The notes: generated from the sequence alone by a model not told the origin. DNA of 64,000 nt from an uncultured Thermoleophilia bacterium (GCA_963715985.1 CAVQSP010000010.1:32001-96000); one strand, 5' to 3'; shown: positions 22,725 through 32,204, counted from the first letter of the stretch. Numbers and translations are program-made.

Positions 22725-24086
22725 GTGAGCACGGCCGGGGACGACGCCCGTGGAGCGCTGAGCTTCGCCGAGCGCCGCGCGCTCGACGCCCTGGACCTCG
22801 ACGGCCTCGTGGCGCTGGTGCGACGCCTCGTGGCGATCCCCAGCCTCGACGGCGCCGAGAGCCCCGCACAGCGGGCGGTCGGCGCCTGGATGCGGGATGC
22901 GGGGCTGACCGTGGACGAGTGGGAGATCGACCTCGCGGAGCTGGCCGCCCACCCCGACTGGTGCCACGAGGTCGAGCGCGACGAAGCGCTCGGCGTGGTG
23001 GGCTGGACCGGGGAGCGGCGCGGCGGCAGGGACCTGCTGCTCAACGGCCACATCGACGTCGTGCCCGTCGGGGACGAGGGCGCCTGGACGAGACCCCCCT
23101 TCGACCCGGCCGTTCGTGACGGCCGGGTCTACGGCCGCGGCGCCGTGGACATGAAGGGCGGTCTGGCCTGCGCGCTGGCCGCCGCCGCCGCGGTCCACGC
23201 CGCGGGTCTGCGACTTCGCGGTCGTCTGAGCGTGGCGAGCGTGATCGGCGAGGAGGACGGCGGCACGGGTACCTTGGCCACGCTGCTGCGCGGTCACACG
23301 GCGCAGGGTGCCGTGGTCACGGAGCCCACGCGGCTTCGTCTCGTCACCGCGCAGGCCGGCTCCCTGATGTTCCGGCTCACGGTGCCCGGCTTCTCCGCCC
23401 ACGGCTGCGTGCGCGAAGAGGGCGTGAGCGCGGTGGAGAAGTTCCTGCCTCTGTTCGCGGCGCTGCGCCGCCTGGAGGCGGAGCGTTGCGGCGTGGACAC
23501 CGCCGACGGCACGGGCGCGGCGGGCCACGCCGCCGCCGGCGAGCACTCGCACGTCGCGGGCGATCCGCGCTCGCCCCTGTTCGCCGGCTACCGGCTGCCC
23601 TGGCCCATCGAGGTCGGCACGCTGCGGGCCGGTGACTGGGCCTCGAGCGTGCCGGACACGCTGGTCGCCGAGGGCAGGTACGGCGTGGCTGTGGGCGAGG
23701 ATCCGGCGGCGGCCCGGAGGGTCTTCGAGGACGCCGTCGCCCGCGCCGCCGCCGCCGACCCCTGGCTGGCCGCACATCCGCCCTCGGTGGAGTGGTGGGG
23801 CGGCCGCTTCGACCCCGCGGTCACCGCGGAGGACGACCCCATCGTGGCTGCCGTGAGCGGCGCGGCCGCGGCGGTGTGCGGCAGCGCGCCCGCAGTCGAG
23901 GGCGTGACCTACGGCGCCGACATGCGGCTGCTCGTCAATGTGGGCCGCATCCCCACGGTGATGTTCGGCCCCGGCGACGTGCGCGTGGCGCACATGCCCG
24001 ATGAGCACGTCCCTGTCGCGGACCTCGAGGCTGTGGCCCGCACGCTGGTGGTGGCCGCCCTGCGCTTCTGCGGCGCGGAGGAGTAG
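22725..24086 (+). CDS. M20 family deacylase (ArgE/DapE-like)
   Basis: NGHIDVVP, GRGAVDMKGG, GEEDGG, EPT, YGADM, GPG..AHMPDE. Confidence 0.92.
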   Translation: MSTAGDDARGALSFAERRALDALDLDGLVALVRRLVAIPSLDGAESPAQRAVGAWMRDAGLTVDEWEIDLAELAAHPDWCHEVERDEALGVVGWTGERRGGRDLLLNGHIDVVPVGDEGAWTRPPFDPAVRDGRVYGRGAVDMKGGLACALAAAAAVHAAGLRLRGRLSVASVIGEEDGGTGTLATLLRGHTAQGAVVTEPTRLRLVTAQAGSLMFRLTVPGFSAHGCVREEGVSAVEKFLPLFAALRRLEAERCGVDTADGTGAAGHAAAGEHSHVAGDPRSPLFAGYRLPWPIEVGTLRAGDWASSVPDTLVAEGRYGVAVGEDPAAARRVFEDAVARAAAADPWLAAHPPSVEWWGGRFDPAVTAEDDPIVAAVSGAAAAVCGSAPAVEGVTYGADMRLLVNVGRIPTVMFGPGDVRVAHMPDEHVPVADLEAVARTLVVAALRFCGAEE

Positions 24087-24107
24087 GCCGGCCTCACGGC
24101 AACGAAA

Positions 24108-24141
24108 GGGGGCCGGGGCGGCGTGCGCCGCCCCGGCCCCC
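24108..24141. terminator. Hairpin between convergent genes
   Basis: GGGGGCCGGGGCGGCG-TG-CGCCGCCCCGGCCCCC; TTTCGTT tail on the minus strand. Confidence 0.7.
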
Positions 24142-24150
24142 GCCTGTGCC

Positions 24151-25395
24151 TCAGTTGGCGGTGACGACGTCCTTGCGCGTGACCGGCAGGTTGCGCACCC
24201 CGAGCTCGGCGATGAAGGCGTCGCGCACGCTGCGCGGCAGCTCCTCCGGGCAGACCATGCCCTTCTGGGCGATCTTGTCCTCGACGATGAACTCGGCGTA
24301 GATGCTGGCCGGCGTGCTGGTGCCGTAGCTGACGCAGGTGGCGCCGGGGATCTGGCCGTTCACCCATTTGATGTCCGGCGGGAAGATGTTGTAGCCCACG
24401 GTGGCCGGCTTGCCGTCCTTCTCGCCGATGCAGTCCACGGTGACCACGCCGTAGTCCGTGATCTCGCCGGCGAGCGCGAGCCTGGCGAGCTCGTCGGCCG
24501 GCGGGTTGGGCGCCAGGGTGGCCACGAAGACGTCGATCGGCCGCACCTCGGTGCCGTCCTTGAGCTTGACCGGGTACTTGCTGGTCATGCCCGAACCCAC
24601 CAGGGCGAGGTCGGCGTCGATGCCGCTGCCGTCTGCGTCGCCGCCCATCTTGAAGTCCACGTAGCGCAGGCCCTTGTCCCCGAGCACTTTGGGGAGAAGG
24701 CGCGGCAGGGTGCTGACCTCTTCGTGGTCGTGGCAGATGACGGTGCCGAGGCCGAACGGCTCGGGGAACTCGTACTGCTCGCGGCGCCCGAAGATCTCCA
24801 CGCGCTTGAACTCGCCGTCCTCGTACAGGAGCGGCGGCTGCGAGCAGTCGGTGTAGTAGGTCTCCTGCGACCAGACCTGCAGCGGCACGGGGGAGTCGAA
24901 GAGCGCGAAGTCCTTGATGCGGATCTCAAAGCACTTGTCGAGGTCCTCGTAGCCGTTGGCGGCGAAGGTGTTGGTGACGCCCGGGTCCATGCCGGTGCTC
25001 AGGAGGGCGAGCTGCCCCTGCCGCGCGAACTCGGGGGCAAGCGTCATCTGGTCGAGGTAGGCCTCGTCGATGGTCTGCGAGCGCGTCTGGCCCTGCGCCA
25101 TGTCGATGTAGGCGGCGCCGCACTTGAGACACGCCTGCATGATCGACGTGTTGAACTCGGGGATGACGGCGTTGACGATGAGCTTGCAGCCCTCGCCGGC
25201 CCGGGCGATCGAGTCGGAGTCGGCGGCGTTCATGAACAGCGCGGTGGCCTTGCCGTGGCCCACCTGGCCGGCGACGAAGCGGGCGCGACTCTCGTCGTAG
25301 TCGCTGACGACGATCTCGGTGATGGCCGGGTTGCGCGCCAGATTCCAGGTGAGGACCTGTCCCTGCATGCCCGCGCCGACGATGAGGACCTTCAT
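24151..25395 (-). CDS. Saccharopine dehydrogenase-like / carboxy(nor)spermidine dehydrogenase family oxidoreductase
   Basis: IVGAGMQG Rossmann motif, YIDMA, GMDPGVTN, HDHEE. Confidence 0.82.
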   Translation of the reverse strand: MKVLIVGAGMQGQVLTWNLARNPAITEIVVSDYDESRARFVAGQVGHGKATALFMNAADSDSIARAGEGCKLIVNAVIPEFNTSIMQACLKCGAAYIDMAQGQTRSQTIDEAYLDQMTLAPEFARQGQLALLSTGMDPGVTNTFAANGYEDLDKCFEIRIKDFALFDSPVPLQVWSQETYYTDCSQPPLLYEDGEFKRVEIFGRREQYEFPEPFGLGTVICHDHEEVSTLPRLLPKVLGDKGLRYVDFKMGGDADGSGIDADLALVGSGMTSKYPVKLKDGTEVRPIDVFVATLAPNPPADELARLALAGEITDYGVVTVDCIGEKDGKPATVGYNIFPPDIKWVNGQIPGATCVSYGTSTPASIYAEFIVEDKIAQKGMVCPEELPRSVRDAFIAELGVRNLPVTRKDVVTAN

Positions 25396-25534
25396 GTGCT
25401 CGTCTCCCTTGGAGGAGTTGCTGTGCCTGCCTGAGGTTCTATCAGATGCGACCTCAGAGGACAACCGCCGATGTGACGAATCTCGAGTCATGGCCGAAGT
25501 CATTGGCACGAGTGTCGCAGATTCTAGGCTGGAA

Positions 25535-26182
25535 TCAGCCGACTTTCGTGCCACACTCGGCGCAGAACTTGGCCTCGGGCTGGAGCTTGGCGCCGCACTG
25601 CGTGCAGTGCTTGCCCGACTTGAGGTCCTGGCCGCACTGGGGGCAGAACTTGGCATTGGTCTCCTGCGGGGCGCCGCACGCGGGACACGAGGCCACGATG
25701 CCCTCGCGCCAGTCCTTCTCGGTGAGGTGCTTGTCCTCGTCGCTCATCTTGGCGTGCGCCCAGACTTCTTCCACGGACTTGTCCGCCTGCGCCGCCGCCA
25801 TCTCCACGCCCATGTCGGGGGCGCAGTCCTTGCAGAGGCCCTTCTTCTCGTTCCAGCACTGCTGGCGGCACACCCAGGCGCTGCAGCGCGGGCACTGGAC
25901 GAACTTGGGGCGGATCTGGTCGACGGCCTTGTGGAACGCGGCGTCGCCGCCCTTCTCCCAGGCGGCGGACTTGACCTTCTCCGCCGCCGCGGCGCCCTGG
26001 CTGAAGAAGCCTCCGAGTAGGCTGCCTGCGCCCTCCAGGAGGTTGGTGGCAGTGGCTAGCTCGAAGCTGTCGAACTCGGTGCGGTAGCCGTTGCGGCAGC
26101 GGTTGCAGAGGAACTCGAACTGAAAGCCGCTGTCGGTACTGAGGTCGGTGTAGTTGTTGGTGAACTCGATCTCGCCTGCCAT
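25535..26182 (-). CDS. Multi zinc-ribbon domain protein
   Basis: CNRC, CPRC..C..C..CKDC and a C-terminal double zinc ribbon (CPACG..FCPQCG..CTQCG..FCAECG); GGAGG RBS. Confidence 0.85.
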   Translation of the reverse strand: MAGEIEFTNNYTDLSTDSGFQFEFLCNRCRNGYRTEFDSFELATATNLLEGAGSLLGGFFSQGAAAAEKVKSAAWEKGGDAAFHKAVDQIRPKFVQCPRCSAWVCRQQCWNEKKGLCKDCAPDMGVEMAAAQADKSVEEVWAHAKMSDEDKHLTEKDWREGIVASCPACGAPQETNAKFCPQCGQDLKSGKHCTQCGAKLQPEAKFCAECGTKVG

Positions 26183-26347
26183 GGAGCGCCGCCTCCGTTC
26201 CGGGGCCGACGGCCCCCGTGCGTGTGCCTGCGTGGTGGGCACGAGTATATGCCGCGCGTCGCCGGACACCGTGGTGGACGAGACGGTGCCCAATGCGCTC
26301 ACGGCAAAGCTCACGGCAGTCGGGTGCCACGACGCTGAGGATGAGAG

Positions 26348-26423
26348 TGGTGGAGCATAGCGGAATCGAACCGCTGACCTCCTGGGTGCGATCCAGGCGC
26401 TCTCCCAGCTGAGCTAATGCCCC
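26348..26423 (-). tRNA. tRNA-Ala (anticodon CGC)
   Basis: Reverse complement GGGGCATTAGCTCAGCTGGGAGAGCGCCTGGATCGCACCCAGGAGGTCAGCGGTTCGATTCCGCTATGCTCCACCA: 76 nt, G3:U70 pair, encoded CCA. Confidence 0.97.
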
Positions 26424-26452
26424 ACGAGGGGTCCCGTCTCCGGGGACTCAGT

Positions 26453-26481
26453 ATTATGGGGCATTCCCTTTTGGGCGGCAA
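26453..26481 (-). promoter_or_regulatory. Putative sigma70-type promoter of tRNA-Ala
   Basis: Minus strand TTGCCG-N17-CATAAT about 30 nt upstream of the tRNA. Confidence 0.6.
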
Positions 26482-26614
26482 GCCACGTCCGCGGCGCGTC
26501 CCCTCCGGCCGGCCGTCGCCGGAGGCGCGCACCGCCGGCCGGGTCCTTCCGGGCGCCGGTGGGCATGGCGTAGACTGGGCGTGCCCCGACCTGCCTGCGC
26601 CCTGGAGCCCCGCC

Positions 26615-27748
26615 GTGAAGATCACCGCCGTGCACGTCGACACGCTCGAGCTCGAGTACGAGGAGCCGTTCGTCATCGCCTCGTCGGCGCTCGCCGCCGG
26701 CCCCTGCGACCTGGTGCGCGTGGAGACGGACGAGGGTCTCGTGGGGTACGGAGAGGCCTGTCCGGCGTACGAGTTCACCGGCGACACGCTGTGGACGGTC
26801 CAGGACGTCATCGGCGAGTACCTCGGTCCCTCGGTGATGGGCAAGGATCCCTTCGACGTCGAGGCCATCGTGCGCTGCTGGGAGCGCGAGCTCTTCACGG
26901 TCGGCAACCAGGCGGCCCGTGCGGGCCTGGAGATGGCGCTGTGGGACCTCCAGGGCAAAGCGCTTGGGCGGCCGTTGAGCGATCTCGTCGGCGGCCGCAC
27001 CCGTGACGGACTCACGGAGGTCATCGCGTGGGGCTGGGACGAGCCCGAGGAGCTCGCGGCCAAGACCCGGACGGCCCTGGAGCTCGGCATCACCGTGTTC
27101 AAGATCAAGGTGGGCGACGCGCCGGAGCGCGATGAGCAGCGTGTCGCCGCGGTACGCGCCGCCGCCGGGTCGCGGGCGCGCATCACGGTGGACGCGAATC
27201 AGGGCTGGTGGGACGCCAAGACTGCGGTGGCCGCGATCAAGCGGCTCGAGCCGTACGGCATCGAGTTCGCGGAGCAGCCGGTGCGGATTGACGACCTCGC
27301 CGGGGCACGGTTCGTGCGCGAGCGCGTGGATGTGCCCATCGCCCTGGACGAGAGCGTGCGCGGCCCGTGCGAGGCGCTGGCGGCCGTGAACGCAGGCGCC
27401 TGCGACATCATCGTCGTCAAGCTGATGAAGACCGGCGGCATCCTGAACGCCCTCAAGGTGAACGCCATCGCGGAGGCTGCCGGAGTGACCGTGATGATCG
27501 GCAACATGGGCGAGAGCAGCCTGGGCCTGGCGGCCCACTTCCACCTCAACGTGGCGCTTGCCAACGCCGTGCACGGCGACGCGAACCTGCCCTCACGGCC
27601 CGCGGGGCTCAAGCGCGACATCGGCGCCGGCCTGCGCGCCGAGCTCCGAGACGGCGTCTCCGTCGTCGTGGTGCCGGACGCTCCGGGACTCGGCATCGTG
27701 GTGGACCAGGACGCCGTCGACGCGCAGCGGGTCTCGCGGCGCTGGTGA
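26615..27748 (+). CDS. Enolase superfamily protein, dipeptide epimerase / muconate-lactonizing enzyme subgroup
   Basis: FKIKVG (KxK), VDANQG, EQP, LDES, VKLMKTGG. Confidence 0.88.
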   Translation: MKITAVHVDTLELEYEEPFVIASSALAAGPCDLVRVETDEGLVGYGEACPAYEFTGDTLWTVQDVIGEYLGPSVMGKDPFDVEAIVRCWERELFTVGNQAARAGLEMALWDLQGKALGRPLSDLVGGRTRDGLTEVIAWGWDEPEELAAKTRTALELGITVFKIKVGDAPERDEQRVAAVRAAAGSRARITVDANQGWWDAKTAVAAIKRLEPYGIEFAEQPVRIDDLAGARFVRERVDVPIALDESVRGPCEALAAVNAGACDIIVVKLMKTGGILNALKVNAIAEAAGVTVMIGNMGESSLGLAAHFHLNVALANAVHGDANLPSRPAGLKRDIGAGLRAELRDGVSVVVVPDAPGLGIVVDQDAVDAQRVSRRW

Positions 27749-28677
27749 GCGGGACCGTGGACCGCGAGGAGCTCAGCCGGGTCTGGCGGGAGGCGGCGGG
27801 GCCGCCGGCACCGTCCGTGCCTTCGCCTGGGCCCACCACGCTCATGGGCGCGCCGCTCGCCTCGCCGGACGAGCTGCTCGGCGTCGACCTCGCCGTGCTC
27901 GGCCTGCCCATCGGGGCCTGGCAGGACGCGCCGGCCGCAGTGCGCACCGCCTCGCGTCGGTACTCGGGGTGGCTGGCGGCGGCCCAGGCCGAGATCGGCG
28001 TGCACGTGGCGGACTACGGCGACGTGGCCGTGGACGCCGCCGACGCCGCCGTCACCTTCCTGCGCGCCCACGAGCGCATTGCCGACGTCCTCGCTGCCGG
28101 CGCCGCTCCCCTCGTCCTGGGCGGTGACTCCCTGGTCACCGTCCCTGTCCTGCAGGTGCTCGCCGGAAAGCTGCGGGGCCGCCTCGGCGTCATCGCCTTC
28201 TCGCCGCGTCTGGACCTGGATCTCGAGGCGGCCGACACCGGCTCGGGACGCTGGATGCGAGCCTTGGAGCTCGGTCTCTGCACCCCGCAGAACGTCGTCC
28301 TGATCGGCGATCGAGGCGCGCCGGACGAAGCGCAGGCCCGGCGCGCCGGCGCCGCGCTGGGGGTGCGCCGCTATGGGCTCGCCGACGTCGCCGAGGCCGG
28401 CGTCGTCACGGTCGCCCGCGAGGCCCTGGAGTCGGCCTGCGCCGGCACTGAGGCCGTGTACGTCTCTGTCGACCTCGGCGTAGCCGAGGGCCTGAGCGAT
28501 CCGGCCGGGCTGAGCGCCGGCGACCTGAGCGTCGCGCTCGGTCTGGTGGCCGCCGCCCGCCTCGCCGCTGTGGACGTGTGCGGAGTCGATCGCGCGGCCG
28601 GCTCGGGCGGTGCCGCCCTGCTCGCCGCCCGCCTCGCCGCGGACATCGTGCTGGCCGTCTCCAGCGCCCGCGGCTGA
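27745..28677 (+). CDS. Arginase/agmatinase-fold protein lacking most metal ligands
   Basis: APAAVRTAS, DYGDV, LGGDS, IGDRG, VYVSVDLG; the GGDH, DAHxD and DxD motifs are degenerate. Confidence 0.8.
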   Translation: MSGTVDREELSRVWREAAGPPAPSVPSPGPTTLMGAPLASPDELLGVDLAVLGLPIGAWQDAPAAVRTASRRYSGWLAAAQAEIGVHVADYGDVAVDAADAAVTFLRAHERIADVLAAGAAPLVLGGDSLVTVPVLQVLAGKLRGRLGVIAFSPRLDLDLEAADTGSGRWMRALELGLCTPQNVVLIGDRGAPDEAQARRAGAALGVRRYGLADVAEAGVVTVAREALESACAGTEAVYVSVDLGVAEGLSDPAGLSAGDLSVALGLVAAARLAAVDVCGVDRAAGSGGAALLAARLAADIVLAVSSARG

Positions 28678-28871
28678 CCGCCCGCGGGCGACCGCCGGCG
28701 GCACCGCGGCCCCCCGCAATGGCACAGCGTTGCCACGCTGGTCAACGGGGCGTGGCGTCTCGTCCCGAGTGGTCTGGGCACTCGGCCCTAGACGTGAGTT
28801 CCATCGAGCGGGCGCCTCTGGTGGACGACACTGTCTGCAGAGCAGCAGCCACCAGTGGGGAGGGTTCGCAG

Positions 28872-29045
28872 GTGACACGCGAAGAGAAGGAGCAGGCGGT
28901 CGACGCCGTGCTCTCGACGTATGCGCACCTTGGCGCCACCCTGGTCGCGGACGACCAGACGCTCGTCAGGCTTCTGCAGACGCTCGAGCTCTCCACGACC
29001 GACAGGGAAGTCGGCGACTACCTCTGCTCGTTCCTCATCGCGTAG
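28872..29045 (+). CDS. Small hypothetical protein (57 aa)
   Basis: GGGGAGGG RBS before GTG; protein-like composition (MTREEKEQAVDAVLSTY..). Confidence 0.5.
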   Translation: MTREEKEQAVDAVLSTYAHLGATLVADDQTLVRLLQTLELSTTDREVGDYLCSFLIA

Positions 29046-30934
29046 GGGGCTTGCCGCTTCAGGCGTTCTTCGAGGCGGGCGTTCTCGAAGGCGGCGGCCA
29101 GCAGGTGACCGGCGCCGCGGAGGAGGCCCAGGGAGTCGGTGTAGTCGCGTGGCCGCGTGTCGTAGACGTCGATGAATCCGTGCAGGCGATCTCGAAGCAC
29201 GACGGAGACACACACCTCACTGGCGTATCCGAGCTCCCGGTACGCCAGCCTCTCAGCCTCGCTCAGCCTGGGGTCGTCGATCTCGCTGACCATGAACACC
29301 TGGTGAGCGTTCATGGCCTGCACGACCGTGGGGTGGCGCTCGAGGTCGAGAAGTGCGCCGACGGGGTGCTCGTCGAAGCCGCTGCGGTCGTAGCTGGCAA
29401 CGCAGCGCATGCCGTGGTCGGAGACGCGGAAGATGTCACAGCCGGCGGCGTCCAGGGCGCTCTGAAGACGCTCCGCCGTCTGGCGCACCAGCACGTCGAG
29501 CCCAGGTGCGCGCCCGGCGATCTCGCCGATCTGGACGAGCTCGTCGATCACGCGGCCGCGGCGTGCCACCTGTTCGGTGAACAGCCCGGTCTCGAGCGCG
29601 TGCCCGGCCACCCGGGCGAGGGCGCGGATGAGGTCGAGGTCGGCGGCGAAGTCGTGAGGTACGTAGTCGCAGAGCTCCACGAGGCCGATGACCTTCCCCG
29701 CCGAGAAGAGTGGCAACGTGACCTGAGACTGGTACCCCCACTTCTCCAGAGAAAAGCGGACCTCGTCGTCAAGAAGCGGGTCGGCGAGGTCCGCGATGAG
29801 GATGACCTCGCCGCTCTCCACCGCCCGCCTGCTGGCGGGGTACCTCGCCAGCGGCAGGACGACGTCCTCCCAGTCGCCGTCGAACTGGTCCCCGTCGTAG
29901 CTCGTCAGGGCGCGACAGGTCTCTCCCTCGACGGCGTAGACTTCTGCGACGGGGGCGCCGGTGACCGCGGCGAGTCGCTGGACGACGGCGCGCAGCACGG
30001 TCTCGGGGCCGAGGCGAACGGTGTCCTCCAGGCCCTCCTCCGTCAGCGCGGAGAGGCCGCGCCGGAGTCTCTCGATCCGCGCGGGATCGCCTGTGGAGGG
30101 TACCGCAGATGTGGACACGGCCGAGGCGCCCTGCTGCGTGGAGTCGGCTGCACTCCCTTGCTTGGGGCCGTCCGCCCCGCTGCCGGCAGCGTCTGTGGCC
30201 GGGATCTCGCAGGGCTCCTGCGCTTCCGGGGCCGGTTGCCCGAGGCGACTCGTCTCGCCGCCGCCTGCGATGAGCAGACCGGCGTGTCCGGCCACGGACT
30301 CGGCGAAGGTCACCATGGCGGCGGTGAAGTCGTGCGGACCGCGGGTGTCCGCCAACCGCAACACGCCCAGTGACCTGCCGGCGACGGTGATGGGCAGGAC
30401 GAGCAGCGCGCGAACGCCCTGCCGCAGGTAGTCCTCCGCCACGGGAGGGGCGAGGAGGCTGGTGGCCGCCAGGTCGGGGACCACGAGCCGGCGGCGGCTC
30501 CGGAGCACCTCGGCCTCGGTGGCCGACGACTCACGGGGGAGATGCGCGCCGGCGGTCCTGCCGTGGCCGTCCGGAGGATGGGCCGCCACGATCCTCAGGG
30601 TGTCGTCGCCGTCGCAGAGGGCGATGCAGCACGATGTGACGGCGACGCCCTCGGCGGCCACGCTCGCCAGCGCCTGCAGCGCCGAGATCTGCGAGATGCG
30701 GCCGGCGTCATCCTCGCCGGACCGAGAACCTGCCGGCTCCGCGGCGTGTGCGCTGCGCCCGAGCGCCGCCTCGATGTCGGCGCGCCGGTAGCGCCTGTGG
30801 CCACCCGGGCTCCGGTAGGACCTCACGCGGCCATCGTCGCTCCAGCGGCGGAGCGTGTTGTGGCTCACACCGAGCGCGGCCGCCGCCTCCGCGAGGCGCA
30901 GCCATTGCCCGCCGTTTGCTCTGCCTACGCGCAT
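29018..30934 (-). CDS. Excisionase/MerR-like HTH fused to three GAF domains
   Basis: WLRLAEAAAALGVSHNTLRRWSDDG..SPGGHRRY; three GAF-like repeats (LLVLPITVAGRSLGVL, VTLPLFSAGKVIGLVEL, VCVSVVLRDRLHGFIDV). Confidence 0.82.
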   Translation of the reverse strand: MRVGRANGGQWLRLAEAAAALGVSHNTLRRWSDDGRVRSYRSPGGHRRYRRADIEAALGRSAHAAEPAGSRSGEDDAGRISQISALQALASVAAEGVAVTSCCIALCDGDDTLRIVAAHPPDGHGRTAGAHLPRESSATEAEVLRSRRRLVVPDLAATSLLAPPVAEDYLRQGVRALLVLPITVAGRSLGVLRLADTRGPHDFTAAMVTFAESVAGHAGLLIAGGGETSRLGQPAPEAQEPCEIPATDAAGSGADGPKQGSAADSTQQGASAVSTSAVPSTGDPARIERLRRGLSALTEEGLEDTVRLGPETVLRAVVQRLAAVTGAPVAEVYAVEGETCRALTSYDGDQFDGDWEDVVLPLARYPASRRAVESGEVILIADLADPLLDDEVRFSLEKWGYQSQVTLPLFSAGKVIGLVELCDYVPHDFAADLDLIRALARVAGHALETGLFTEQVARRGRVIDELVQIGEIAGRAPGLDVLVRQTAERLQSALDAAGCDIFRVSDHGMRCVASYDRSGFDEHPVGALLDLERHPTVVQAMNAHQVFMVSEIDDPRLSEAERLAYRELGYASEVCVSVVLRDRLHGFIDVYDTRPRDYTDSLGLLRGAGHLLAAAFENARLEERLKRQAPYAMRNEQR

Positions 30935-31100
30935 GGTGATGGTCGCGGCGCCCTGCCGCATGCGCAAACCTACCAGATTCTTCGCGACTCTGGGAGCGTT
31001 GAGACGCTCGCGACGCACGCATCGCGACGTGAGGCATGAGAATCAGCCTGCGGCCGACGATACCGCGCCGCCACCGGCCACACAGCGAAACGAGAAGCGT

Positions 31101-32204
31101 CTAGTGCTCGTCTTGCCCCGACGGATCGCCGGCGGCCTCAACCGGCGCATCGGGACCGGCGATGGCCCTTGCGATGTCGGCGAAGGCGGCGCCGACCGGC
31201 GTGCTCGGGTCGAGGGCGGCCGGCGAGCCCGTATCGCCTCCTTCACGGGTGGCCTCGTCGAGCGGGATGCGGCCCAGGAGGCGTGTCTCCATGAGGCGCG
31301 CTATCTCGTAGGCGCCTCCGCGCCCGAAGATGTAGTGCCGGCTGCCGCAGTCCGGGCACTCGTAGTAGGACATGTTCTCGACGACCCCGAGCACGTGCTG
31401 CTTCGTCATACGGGCCATCTTGGCCGCCTTCACGGCTGTGCGGGAGGCGGCCTCCTGCGGCGTGGTGACGATGACGAGTTCGGCGCCGGGGATCATCTGC
31501 GCGACGGTCAGCGCGATGTCGCCGGTGCCGGGAGGCAGGTCTATGAGCAGAAAGTCCGGGCTGCCCCACAGGACGTCGCCGAGGAACTGCTCGATGGCGC
31601 GACCGAGCATGGGGCCGCGCCAGATGACGGGTTCGTTGTCGGGCAGGAAGAAGCCCATGGAGACGACTTTGACACCGTGGGCTTCCGGCGGCAGCATCTT
31701 GCCTTCGTGCGCCGCCGGGGGGACGGCGGCGAGACCCATCATCAGCGGCATGGTGGGTCCGTACACGTCGGCGTCAATGAGTGCGACGGCATGTCCCTGC
31801 GCTGCGAGGGCGACGGCAAGGTTGGCGGTGACGGTGGACTTGCCCACGCCGCCCTTGCCGCTTGCGATGGCGATCGTGCGCGTCTTCGAGCCGGGGCCGA
31901 AGAGGCTCTGCACCATCTGGTTGCGGCTGGTCAGGCGCTCCTTCATCGCGTCGCGCTCTTCGCACGACATCGCGTCGAGCTTGACCTCCACCGCGCGGCC
32001 GCCGGCGATCTGTGCCAGAGCCTGTTCCGCGTCGGCGCGGATCTGGTTGCGCAGGGGGCAGCCCGCGGTGGTGAGCACGATGGTGGCGCCGATCCGCTCA
32101 TCGTCGGCGACGATGTCGCGGACCATGTCGAGTTCCACCACGCTGCGCCGCAACTCTGGGTCCTGTACGGCGGAGAGCGCCCGCCGGACGTCTTCGTGGG
32201 TCAC
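31101..32204 (-). CDS. mrp: Mrp/NBP35 (ApbC) Fe-S cluster carrier ATPase
   Basis: VQDPEL, SGKGGVGKS, DADVYGP, IWRGPM, DLPPGTGD, ENMS..CPDC. Confidence 0.94.
   Translation of the reverse strand: MTHEDVRRALSAVQDPELRRSVVELDMVRDIVADDERIGATIVLTTAGCPLRNQIRADAEQALAQIAGGRAVEVKLDAMSCEERDAMKERLTSRNQMVQSLFGPGSKTRTIAIASGKGGVGKSTVTANLAVALAAQGHAVALIDADVYGPTMPLMMGLAAVPPAAHEGKMLPPEAHGVKVVSMGFFLPDNEPVIWRGPMLGRAIEQFLGDVLWGSPDFLLIDLPPGTGDIALTVAQMIPGAELVIVTTPQEAASRTAVKAAKMARMTKQHVLGVVENMSYYECPDCGSRHYIFGRGGAYEIARLMETRLLGRIPLDEATREGGDTGSPAALDPSTPVGAAFADIARAIAGPDAPVEAAGDPSGQDEH

Noticed and set aside
25504-25519. Sigma54-like TGGCAC-N5-TCGCA
   Set aside because: It is on the plus strand pointing into the 3' end of a minus-strand gene, has a mismatch at -12, and no enhancer-binding protein is nearby
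26348-26423. tRNA-Ala as the integration site of a genomic island
   Set aside because: No integrase, no duplicated tRNA 3' end and no obvious composition shift were seen
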